NCBI GenBank assembly: GCA_963920595.1
Contig: OY986947.1
Span: 6,324,001 to 6,388,000, forward strand
Reading direction: 5' to 3'
Source of the DNA: Eimeria praecox
Taxonomy: Eukaryota
Length of the DNA stretch: 64,000 bases
Within the stretch, counting starts at the first letter, position 1. The number at the start of each line of letters is the position of its first letter. Under the pieces are notes generated by a model that did no database searches, was not told where the DNA came from, and saw only the letters and a list, made by a program, of their open reading frames with translations. Below are positions 49,801 to 62,030 of this stretch, in pieces. Position numbers and translations under genes: made by a program.

Positions 49801-52800
49801 CGAAGCATAGAAACACCTCGCCATCCGTATCTCTGGCAGAGCTACTGGTGTAGGGAAGATAGCGGACACAGTCAAGCGCTTAATCTTGTTTCTTGTACAG
49901 GTTCGGAGTGGTCAAAAGGCACTCCCTTTCGTGTTGTGCCTTTTAGTGCAGTCCATCGTGCAAGTTGAGCACTGTGGATCCCGAATAACAACTTCCAGGT
50001 GAGGAAGGCTAGAGACCGAACCACCCCGTCACGCATTCCCGTATCTAATCGCTTCACGCCCTCCCGCTTGCTTATTGCCTTTACTAACGCCAGATCACTC
50101 CTTCGTCTTGTAAAATATTTGGGTGACGGTTTGGATGACGTGCTGTATTCTGCAGTTCTATGCCACTCAACTTTACAGAGTGTACTGACCAATACATCAA
50201 ACCTTAGGGAAGCGTCTGATGCTTCAGGATGTGGGTTGCGTACTTGGTCGCATCACAGGTTTTCGTCAATTGAGTACAGCCTTCGGGTAATCAAAGGCCT
50301 TTCGATGATGGCATCGCCATTTCCACTTGCTTCCACTTCTCCAGATCTGGATATGAGCATGGTAGTGTTTGGCTTGGCGACATTGGAATGCTTGCAGGGC
50401 GTGCGTTGGTGGCAGTCCCAATCCGACTTCTGTATGAGCGAGCGGTATATATAATGAAGCAGATGGTTCCAGCTTGGCTGGTGGAATCGTAATGTGTGGA
50501 GTGGTGGATGCGAAGCTTTTCAGCCATGGAGCGAAGAGTGTGCCTTGCTAGTGTATGTCTCGCTGCAATTCACTCTGCAGCTGCGCCCAACTATGTAGGT
50601 TTTTAATTCTGTGCTACGCTTCTGGTGGACTGTCTGCCGCGTGAAGAATGCGCAACTGTGCAGCGTTTTGCGGCTCTTCGACCAGTTGCCTTCACTAGTT
50701 CTGCTCCGGTGCGAATGTCCTTTTTCTACAAGGATGCGCGGCCCTGAACGCTTCGCTCTCGTTGGAACTAGTCTGGCACTCTCTTGAGTATATACTCTCT
50801 TTGACCCTGAAATGGTAACTCTGAATATTTAGAAAGTGCGCACAACGAATCCGTTGCTACAGAGAAAATGGGCAGTTTGGCGTGCGTTTGCTTGTAGGAG
50901 AAAAATGCATTTTACGAGTTGTCTGCAGTTCACCCATCACAGCAATCACGCTTGGGCGTAAGGAACGTGTTCACAACCTGTGCTTCTTGCAGTTCTTCAA
51001 GCCCTGTGCCAGCGTGAACAGTCGTGGGCGCTGTCACGGGGGTGAATGAAGATGGGCTCCTGCGGATCCGTGTAGCAAGAAAAAGCCACCAATAAAGCGG
51101 TCTTACCGCTGTTCTGGGGACGGACTACTTGCTTTCTCCCCAAAGCATCATGCTGACAGGATACACTTGGGCACCTGAATGTTGGAGAATTTCCCTTTGC
51201 CCCTGCGTACATGGCTGTTCCTCATGCCGCTTGAGCACGAGTAGGACCTTGCGGGGCTGTCTTGGGAAGGTGCACAACGAGAATATGCCGCCAGCGAGCG
51301 GAGGGTAACCATGAAATCAGTCGCTTTATGCAACATTTCATTTTATGCTTGGTAGGGCACAGACAGATGTGCCTGGCCTGCCAGACGGTGCGTCGTTGCA
51401 GAACTAAAATTTCACAAAGGCTCCAGAACATACTATTGCGCAACGCCATCAGTTCAAAAGCTTTTGGCCACGTACGACTGGCGAAAGCCGAGTGCTTGGA
51501 ATGGAACGTTGGCTGCGTTGAGGCAAGCTGCGCGTGTGTGGCATTGTTCTCGCAAGCTCTGCTCTAGACAAGCAATGTTTCGTTGTGCCCAAACGTAGCA
51601 CCAGTTAGCGCTTTTCGTGGCATTTGCTGCAGTAGCCCTTTCTGGGAAAGCTGCATATGCAGTATCTCTTTGAAGCGGCCTTGGGCCCTTCTCGATTCTT
51701 GTTGGGCCCTTACGGTGCAATGCCAAAATCGAGCCCGTTCTTGCTGCGGCGGCCGTGCTTTCTTGGCTTAAACCAGTGAGTTGCGGGTGTATCCAGTGCT
51801 TCACAGAGATTTTTTAAGGTTATGCCATCTCTTTCTGCATCTCCGCTTAGGTGATCGCGGCATTAAGAAAATACACTGGGCTTGCAGGACGTACGTTTCT
51901 GTGTAGGACTAATAATATCGCAAGGATGCATTACAGCTTGGAAATGTGCATTCGCATTGACACGAAGACAACGAACTGGCAAGCATAGCAAGGACGGGTG
52001 AAGTAATGGCTCAGCTGTTTGAGTGCCTGGCACGATATTAGTTGCATGATGACGTTCTGGAATCACGCGCTTGTTATCCATTGCTTTCTATATTGGATGC
52101 ATTTTTCATTTTGAAGCATGTCTGCACTTATGGGAACTTGATGCCTCCGTACAGAACCGAGTACGCTCTGCAGCCCGCTAGTTGCATTATTGTGGGGTTC
52201 GCGAACTGAAGGCATGCGCGTATCTGGCTTATGGGGTGTTTTCTCCCCTTCAGGAGGTGCGTCACACGCAACGCATCATTTGTCCAGTGGAGGGCATCTG
52301 TAGCATACAGGTGCAGACTGGCAGAGTCCTCTCGAATAATATTCTTCCTGCAGGAACGCCAACGCTATCTACCTGCTTCTTCGAACACTTTTGCCTATTC
52401 TATACCTACCTCGGAAATACATGCATTGCGTCTTTAGTTACTGTGTTCGTGAACACAATGCACCTGCACCCGAGCTGTGCGCATCATGCCAGGGGGCGTT
52501 CACGGTTATGGCTCCCAGATCAACGGTTTTCACACAACTGCTCACCCTGAGCTCGCAAGCAACTCTGTGTAAACGTGCACCCCTAACTGTGAAGCGCAGG
52601 CTGCAGTCCTTCGCCGCAATGACCCTTACACTAAAACCTGGATTTAATCGTGGCTGCATGCGATTCGATGGACAAGAGCAAGGCGAAGGACGCTGTGTTG
52701 ACAGTTTGTGCGCTTGCAGCGGATGCGACTATAGAGTAGTGCCTACTGTCCTGACCACTTCTTAATTGCCGTCCCCCTCATGGCTTCCCCCCTGGTCTCT

Positions 52801-54117
52801 AGAAAAGCGTCTTTTTAATTGAGGAGATACGCCGTTCGGCAGAAAGTGCGTAGCTTTAGAACGGTCAGACTGGCAAAGGAACCGGCGTAGTGTTTTTGAG
52901 TGTTCTCAGCTGTTTGAAGGTGCACGGGGTGGATTCAATGGAGCAGCTAGGTAACACTTCAGAAAATGCTTCCCATGTGTTAAGTGGTTCAGTTGTGATT
53001 GCCCTTTTCAGCAGTGGATCAAAGAAAATTCAATGAGCAGTGTGGCTCCACGACGCTATCTAGGCCTGGGAAAAAATGCATTCCTTTCCCTGACCTTTTG
53101 GAAACGAGAACAGGCTACCGGAAAACGACTTTTCAGATGCTTGAGCCTATTGCCGTTTAAGTTAGTGTCACCGGCGAGCATGCAAATGCTAATCTCACGA
53201 TACCTTTGCGCTCAGGGGCCTCTCTGACCGGCACTCTGTGCGACGTGAAAGTAGGTGGTTTCTGGACCTAGTGATTCACATGAATCCAGCGAAATATAGA
53301 GGGGCAAGCTCAGGGTTTTTGAAACAGGTTGTAGGCTGTTTTGCACGATGCAGCAACGGGAGAAACAGCATGATGCCTTAAGCTTAATTTCTGCAGTGTT
53401 TCTCCAAGGTCTTCTTCAGTACTAGCAGTTGCCCTGGGTTGCTCCTGGGTTAGCTTGCTCAGTGGCAGTCTGTATACGCTGACAGCATTAAATTCTAGGA
53501 GTCCTTCATTGAGGAACTAGGGCAATTGGAAGGCGGTGACCTAAGCGGTCTTCTGTTTTGGCACTTTTGTAAATCTGCGCGTGCTCAAGCAAGGCCTGTG
53601 TTCAGCTTCGTTGCCGTCTGGACATCCGCACACAGTTGTGGACTTTCAGGTGCTGAACACAGGATTGTTCGATGAATTTTTCAGGTAGAATACGTGTGGT
53701 TGTTAGTTGCCTGCACCCATTTCTTGGGTGGCGGTGTGTGTCGAACAAGGCTGAAAATGATTCCTTCCAAGCATTTAGCAAGTGCGTCCCATGGCCAGCA
53801 AGATATATCCAGGTGGCGTAGTTTCGATCGTTCTGAATGCAGCCGTGGAAAGCCGTGAAAATATACTGAAAAAATTGTTCTTCCTGCGTCGTGACACCTA
53901 GTGCATCAGCAAGCATGGGTTCTTGCACTAGCAAGGCCCCATGCTGGCTGATACATTCTGGTTCCTGCATCGTTGAGCAACCATCAGTTTGTACGTCTGG
54001 CGATTGAATCAGTAGTCCCACAGACTAAAGGCACCAAGTGATCTTGGTTCAGCAGTTCAGCAGCTCGAGCAGGCAGGTATACTGCCCTGCCCAGAACAAC
54101 GCGGTTGCCTCCTGCAC

Positions 54118-55789
54118 TTCTCGTAAGTTTTGACGGGCATTGTAATGTGTCCCAAGAACTGATCATCCGGAAATCCCTGATTGATTGGCGATGGTAAATT
54201 TTTTATAGTGCAAGGGGGAGTGGGCGTTCCTCGGTTATAGGCTTTGATGGGGTGGCAGCGAGGCGTTTTCCTAGGTCTCTCAGCGTGCAGTCAAGCAGGT
54301 GTGGGCAGAGTCGGCCGCATGCAAGTCAGAATACATAAAAACTCTCGCTTGAATGCGTATTGCAGTGGTGCATGGTGTGGCATGCTGTAATCGATGGTCA
54401 TTCAGAGCAGAGCACCTTTTCCGTTCAAGCGATAACAGGCCTCCTAGAAAGCTGCAGGGAGACCTACTGCCCATCGCAGGAAGTGCGTTTCATTTGATCC
54501 ATTGATAGCCCTAATACGTCAAGTGCACTGACTTGCTTTCAGATACGTTTTAAACTTTCCCGCTGGTGATAAGTGTTGCGTACAAACTTGAATAATCCAT
54601 TAGCCTCTTGCGGCTGCCTAGCAGGCTTTTGGAAGTTTCTTTCAAAGCCTGTCCAGAGGCGTGATCCGGTAAACAAATGAAAGCCTGCCGCTCTGGGCAC
54701 CTTGGCAGATGCTCGCTTTTGCAATGCGCACGAGATGTTTCGCGGATAAGTGCCGTCTTTTCGGATCTTCCAATGAATCTGCTAGAGAACGCAAAATTTG
54801 CTAACCTTGCAGCTTGTGAGCTACCTGCACACGAGACATAACCAGATCGACAGCCTAAAAGCTTGTGGTCTGTACATAGCTTGTGCACGCGGCACTGCCG
54901 AGGCAGAGAATTGCTTGCGATGCGATCTTCACTTTAGGAACCACTGACTGAGCTTCGACAGGTTTACTGAACCACAATGTTTGCCTGCATCGAAAGATTT
55001 AGGCAAACATTTTTTGACTGTGAAGGCACCCAAAGGGCGCAGGAAATGTATTTAATATGTGGCGTTCGAAGGAAAGGAGGCCATCTTAGCTGGATGCTTC
55101 ACCTGCTCGACAAAGCGTCCCCTCAGCTGCAACGATTTGTGTGATACTAGCAGAAAATGAAATGATTTGAAGGATGCTTTTTTGCATTTGGAAGGATCAC
55201 CCGCAGGTAGGTACACTGTGCGGGCGCAGCAGTGGGCGTGCTGGAGGCTTGTTGTGGAGAAGACACGGGGAATGAAGGGAAGAGTACTCCGAACGCTATC
55301 AGTGTGTTAAGGCACGTTCCTTCCTTCAAGCGTATGCTTAGCAAAGTTTGATGGAAGACGTCTCGGGTTGTCCAGCGCCTTGTCCAGCAAGCATGCGGAC
55401 AATGTTTAAACCGAGGCTTGTGTTTCATGCACAGCAGCGTGTAACATCCACGGGATGTAGCGCGTGCTTGATATACAACTATTAAAGCTGTCCTTGTGAG
55501 TGATAGCTTAGGACTGAGCCCCTTACGACGTGGAAAGCAGGAACCCGAAATGAGATGCTGAGCCAAAATGTGGGAGTTTCGCCAGCGCATTTGGCCGTCA
55601 CACGCTTGCACCTTCTCCTCAACCTCCTCAACAAACTCAGAATCAATGGTTTGTTCTCTTCCGCAGTTTGTGCGTCTGCTTCTCCGCATGGCGGAGTGGC
55701 ATGGCGGGCGTTTTTGCAACCGTGTGCTCACGTTATTTCCTTCTTCGTCGGGGCGTAAGCTCCTCCAACATCAGGGACAGTTTCAAAAT
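54118..55789 (-). CDS. Candidate chain of small exons from an unidentified multi-exon gene
   Basis: Phase-compatible AG/GT-bounded segments 55789-55732, 55675-55612, 55378-55316, 55126-55103, 54778-54701 and 54176-54118 give a stop-free, protein-like sequence. No family was recognised. Confidence 0.25.
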
Positions 55790-57849
55790 CTGCAGGCAGT
55801 GCGCCGAAGGGCTCTTGATTATCAAACGAGAAGCCCATACGCTAGCCCTTGGCGGTAAAACGGCTGCGTGCATATTTGGTGTTACAACGTTGCATGGGGA
55901 TGAATGCGCATCAACTAGCCGAAGCCTGCGTCGAGAATAGAAGTGGTCAAAGTACCGCTTGGAATAGCACTCTATGCGGCTGAACGTGGGAGAGGCGTTT
56001 GGAACTTTATCCAGAGTATTATGTACTTCACATCCACAGGAGCAGTGGTGAGCCGTCTCTACCGAGGTAGGTGAAGAGTGGGCTAATAATTAAGAACCAA
56101 GAACACTTTTGCACTAGGGAGGCTTTTCCACATGTCGCGTCTCCAGTGTGAGGAGATAAAAGAATATGCATACGACCAAAGAAAGTATGCTGCATGCACG
56201 AGATGCGCCAAGATAGCAAAGCACCGAAGAAACCACAACCCAATTATTCTTGTGTTTAGTCGATGCCAAGCTGCGCGTTCACCAAATAGGTTAAATAACT
56301 GCAGGGAATATAAGGTTTGGCATGTGCAATATTCCTGAACCGCGGGAAGCTTTTCGTTGTGCTGATTGCCATTCTGTTTTTATCCTTCACCTCCACCGCG
56401 TGCTGCGGAGGTCCTGAATGCACTGGATACCAAATCTCTGCACGCAAACAGTGTCACCGCTGTGCATCTGCGCAGACTGTAAGCAGCATGCTACATTTGT
56501 GGCTAGATGCACTATATCCCTAAACATGCCTACACTGGGAACTGATATTGCGGTAAGTCTTCCCAGCTGTATAGCGCTCTCTTACTAGCACTTGAACACA
56601 GCACTCAACCATATGGCGTGAATTGTTGAAATTGAGAGAGTGGGCCATCACCTGTGTAGAAAAAACGCAGGTGATGACTCGCAAACTGACGCTGCAAAGC
56701 AGTGTGATGGGCGGCGGCGTGTTGCACACCATCTGCAAGACGAAAGAGCATTGCAAGCAACTGGAAGTGTATAAATGGTTGTGCATGGGGTTTGTGCTTT
56801 ACCGCGTGCCTGGAGCAGTGTAATGAATTGGTGCTGCTACAGCCTCATGCATCGAGCTATGCTGCATACTTCTATACTCATTCTGCAGGACGCAACTGTT
56901 GGTAATGTGTTAATCTGTTTGAGAATGCCTGCACGCGCATGTGGCTTGAACACTCACTCTTGACATTAAAGCCCCTGTGCTGCGATGACACCTTGCAGCA
57001 GATTCTTCTCAAGTACCGTTCGCGGCAACGCTAAATCAATGTTGGCTGCCTTGTGCCCCGGTACAGCTCTTGCTGACATATATATCGCTCTTGCATTGCA
57101 GACGTTGTTTGGTAGGCTCTTTCCGCGCTTGCGAGGTTTGCGTAAGCGGAGTAAGCAAAGAAACAAGCAGGAAGGTGCTCTAGCAGGCAAGCATTTCTTT
57201 TGATGACCTGCATATGGCCAGGCAAGAAGGCCTTGGCTGCCTCATGCACGGTTGGCAGCGCCCGAGCATGCCTTTAAATGGACGCCGGCGCTGCATGCGT
57301 TGGCGCAGATACCCCGTAATTGTGTGACTATATTGGCTTCATTGTGGATCGGGGCCTTTTCAGAGGCCTAACCTATGCCTCGATTGGTACCATTGCAACT
57401 TGTGTTTGACCTGGTAGAGCAATATGCTTTTGTAAGAAGCGTGCGGTTCCGGTAGAGATTTGCATGATACTGTGTCTGTGATAGACCGTCTGCATGCCTC
57501 AAGCTCGTGCTGCTTTCCCTAGCCAGTGTATCATGTCTGCAGTGCCCATCGCATGTGTTGTGTTCTCTTGCTGTCACACAGAAGGCTGGTGTGGACATGT
57601 GAAGGACATTTTCTTTCATGCTCGTGAACAGAGGGGTATGCGTGAGTCTAGTAGGCAGTTCCCCCTGCTCAGATGGCCGCAAATCGCATTCTACCATTCA
57701 GTGTATAAGCAAGACCTTGCCTCTACTTCTGTGGATATGCATTCATAATATACGCATGATAGATTCCACAGAATAGATGGCCAAAGAGGCAGTCCACACG
57801 TTGCGCACCGATCGTGATGCGGGGTTAGCCGGCCGGCAGCGTGGGGTCA

Positions 57850-60800
57850 TCAGGGTAAACACATGTGCGAAGCAAAGTATGGAGGCGTGTGTCTAACTTT
57901 TGTCTTTTCCTTCGGTGCCAACCATGTTATGTCGCTAGGTTTGTTGTGAATGGCTGTGGCTTCGTCATGCTGGCGCAAGGCGACCGTTTTCTTGCGTATG
58001 AGTGCCCAGGCTTGATTATTCCGGTTCGTTGCAGGGGTCAACAAGCGAACAATGCAAGTTTTTTATTTGTGCGGCGTATGCGCTGCGGTCACTTTTTATG
58101 CTTCCGGTTGCAGATCACATGAAGGGTCGTGCATGCGGTTGGTAATTAGGTTGTGAGCCGTCTGCTTCGCTGGAGGACCCGGATAGATAATAATTGCAGT
58201 ATAAAGCGCCCTCTGAAATTGACATTGAAATACAGCGTCAAATGCATGGGTATGATGTATGCGCTGGCTTGTGGGAAGCGGCTTAACGGAAATAGGAGGA
58301 GTGCTTGTGGAGCCTCTTGCGGCAGTAGCACTGATAGATGCTTCAACGATGGCCAGCTAGGAAGCAAAGGAAGAATAATCTCTTGCTGTCCTTGTATAGT
58401 TTAACAATGTGTGCGCGCGAAGCATTGGTGACGAAAAGGTTTGTTGGTTCTACTGTTTGTTTTATATGGACTTCGTGCCGCATCGTGCGTTGGGTGCGTT
58501 GGGAAAGTGACGCTTCGAAGCGTGTTGGGCACGGGCGTTCTTGTTCAAATTCTTCTGTTCCTGATGCCACTGCAAATTCCACACGTTCATTCATGAGAAC
58601 ACCCCCAGCTGGTCAGGGTCCATTTAGCCGTGGTGATTAGAATTAATATATCCAGTGGTGAGTTTGACGGGTTCCATAGCTGAAGGTGCACCTTCTGTAC
58701 GCAGGGTTTCCTGGGTTTTCCGGCCATGAAGACAGTGCGTTGCAGGCATCCAGTCACCCGGGGAACAAGGGCCTTGCGCCTGCGGAGGAGGATTTTGTTT
58801 TGCATTGTATCTGGTGTGCTGTGCATAGAATCATTCCTACAAGATTTTGCAGAACAGTGTGCTTGGGTGTGTAGCATGCACTGGGTTGGAGAGCGCGCGT
58901 AGTGCTGTAGGCGCATAATTGGAATCATTAACCTAATTGCTGTGAGATGCCTTCTCGTAGATCCATCGCGTTGGTTTGAAATGCTTCATAGTAACAGGAT
59001 TCGCTGCATTACTGACCACGGCGTTCTCCATACTATCGGTGCTGCAACATACAACATAGCGTGTTGCGCGGAGGTTGGGTATTGAACACGGGGGAAGCAA
59101 GGGACAGTTTTATCTCTGCAGGTGGCGTTTGCAGAGGGACCATGTTCAAGCTACACATCAGGGATTCCGTCCGGAAAGGAAATGCTTGTGGACCTTCTTG
59201 AAACCGGGATAGCGTTCGAGAATGGTTGTGCTTTCGACAGGGGTGGCACTGAATTCCTGCTATGCCATCCGTGGTTGCAGCTAGATTTGTTGCGGCATGG
59301 TGTGTGGGATGCGTTGTGCAGGGCAGGGCTCTGAGGTAGTGCTGTGTTTTTGTGTTTGTGCAACGGCTCCCGCCTTATATGGCCTCGTAACTCCACCACA
59401 ATCACCCGCAAAATGCGCCCACCGGTCTACATGGTCCATTTCCTTGAGATGACCAGCGCATGCATCACTAAAATCATCATTGGTACGATGCTCTTTACAT
59501 TGAAGCGCAGCAGGTCTTCTGCTGATGGTGTGCTTTATGCAGGCAAGGCTCATTAGACTTGTTGAGGCGTGAAGACAGTACGTTCCAGACTCCTAGTTTT
59601 CCGAGGAACGGAGGGCACGGCGGTTTGGTGTCGATGGGCCAGGATGCTTTTGTACGTGATGCGTCGTCTAGGGAATCCTTCCTGCACGCCTTGACAAAGC
59701 AGCATGCTTGTAGGTGTACCACGGGTTTATGCCGACGGTGCTCTAGTGCTTTACACGCATCAGTGGGCTTGCTGGCCTATTTGCTGTGAAATGCCGCCCC
59801 CTGCCTGTCGATTGGCTTCAAAATGTAACGTAGCACGGGAATTTACACCGTTATTGGCCGCGCTGTTTGTAGTAATGTGCTGTCGTGCACCCTACATCGG
59901 AGCTGCCTGCGAGGACACTTGATGCTGAAGTCGCGGACAGCCAGGGGCGGCTTTGTCTATGTAGTTGGCGCTTGCAGAGGGACTATGTACAAGCTAATCT
60001 TCAGGGATTCCATCCAAAAAGGGGATACATGTGAACCCTCTTGCGACCGTGGCGGCGTTTGAGAATGGTTGTGCTTTCGACATGAGTGGCATTTAATTCC
60101 CGTTATGATATATGTGGTTTTAGCTGGATCTGGTGCGGCATCTTGTGTGGGGTACGTTGTGTGGGGAAACGAAGTAACGTGTTTTGGCATGGGACGGGTG
60201 TAACAGCTGCGGCTTTAGATGCAACCCTGGATCACTTGCATGCCGTTAACAAGATGCCCGCAGCTGTACACAGCACGTTCAACTGTGGTGGTCAGAGCTC
60301 ATATGTGGAGACACCTTTTATTGGGATGCGTAGTGCGATGAGGGCGAGCGGCTCCCTTACTCAACGATCACCTACGGCAGGCAACCTTCTCGTGCTCGTC
60401 GACTGTGCAGGCAGTGAGCTACAGACACTCATCTATCCTATAAGGGGATGAGCAAGTTTCGGCTATGTTTGTAATGAGAGGCTACGGGTGTTTTCGTATC
60501 TGGTGCGCAGGTGGTGCATTGCAAGCATCCAGTCCGTTCCTATAGATCTGGCGAGGGTGGGTCATGCTCGTAGGGAGGCTTTGGGGATCTTTCATATCTA
60601 GTGCGTTACGTGTGGAATGGCACCTAAACGCTTACTCAGTGCGTGGATCAGCAGTGGCAAAGGATTTCGATAGTAATAGTCGTTTCTTCACTTGGACGTT
60701 ATGCAGCATCCTGTGTTGCGTGAGGTGGGGCACGTATGGCTTTGACACGTTTTAGGCATGACTGTTCGTGTGCAACAGCTGCAGCTTCAGCTGTTGCCGC

Positions 60801-62030
60801 AAATCCACGACGTTCATTCGCAGAAGCGTTCCGAGCTGTGCAGGGTACATTTAGATGTGGCGACTAGAGTGCGTTTATGCAGGACCTCTGCTATTACGAT
60901 TCGGCTTGTGGTGAGTTGCAGCGGATCCGTTGCAAGAGGCGTACTTTCTGCAGGCAGCGTTCCTTGGGCTTGCTGACAATGAAGCCAGTGCGTTGCAGGC
61001 ATTCATCTATCCGGGAAACGGGACGCAAGGTTTCCTGGGAGGGATAGCTTCGAGGGTTTTTAATATCTGGTGCGCTGCGCATGGAACAATTTCTATACGC
61101 TCCGGCATACCCGCATGCTTATAGATGTAGCCTGTGGGCATTTGAGTGGAAGATTTGCTTACTGGTATGCGCATATTAGTGGGATCGTTGATCTTATTGC
61201 TGTGCTATGCAGCCTTGCGGGTTCGTCGACTTGCTTTTAAAGGTTACGTAGTTATAGATTTCGCAGTGGTAGTCTTCATGCCATTTTTCATACTTCCCGC
61301 GCTGCCGCGCAGCTTGAACCGGAGCCTGTTGTCCAGAGGTTTGACCTTGAACTCGCGGACAGCGGGAGGCAGTTTTTATCTCTGCGGTTGGCGTTCGGGG
61401 AGGGGCCTTGCTTATATTTGGCTTGAAGGATTTTGCCGGGAAACCGACTGCTTGTGGAGCGTCTTGCTGCCACGATGGAGTTCGGGAATGGCTGTGCTTT
61501 GACCGAGGTGGTGCTGTATTTCTGCTGTTCTAGCTACGGTTTTAACTGGGTTTGGTGCGGTATCTTGTGTGTGATGCGGTGTCCGAGACACGTCTTTGAA
61601 GTGCATGAATGCACCTCCTGCTGCTGTGTCTGTCTCGGCGAACCCCGGGCATCCATTCAACCAAACGCCCGCAGCTGTGGTGGGTACGGCGAGTTGAGGC
61701 CATCAGAGCGCCTACATCCAGCACCGCCTTTGCTACGATACTTGCTTGTGTGTTGGAGGGGATTCGTTACTCAAAGCTTACTTTCGGCAGGCAACACACT
61801 CGGGCTTGCTGCCCGTGCAGGCAGTGCGTTGGAAGCATCCACCCAGCTAATTTGGAGACGACGCCGGCGGCGCCTGTTTGTAGAGATGGTTTTCTTCTTT
61901 TTGCATATGTTGCACTGCATTTGAGATTATTCTGCTGGTGAGGCATCTGATACCTGTGAAAGATCTGCCAGTATGCAAAGTGGCGCCGCTGCCGGTACTG
62001 GCGCTTTTAGCACTTGTCTTGCGGCCTGGC
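57850..62030. repeat. Degenerate repeat family cluster 3 (module A + about 5 tandem B modules)
   Basis: Module A has gcgcaaggcgaccgtttt, ggttcgttgcaggggtcaacaagcgaac and ggtaattagg. B anchors lie at about 58301, 59183, 60030 and 61449, with tatctggtg at about 58808, 60497 and 61065. Confidence 0.75.
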
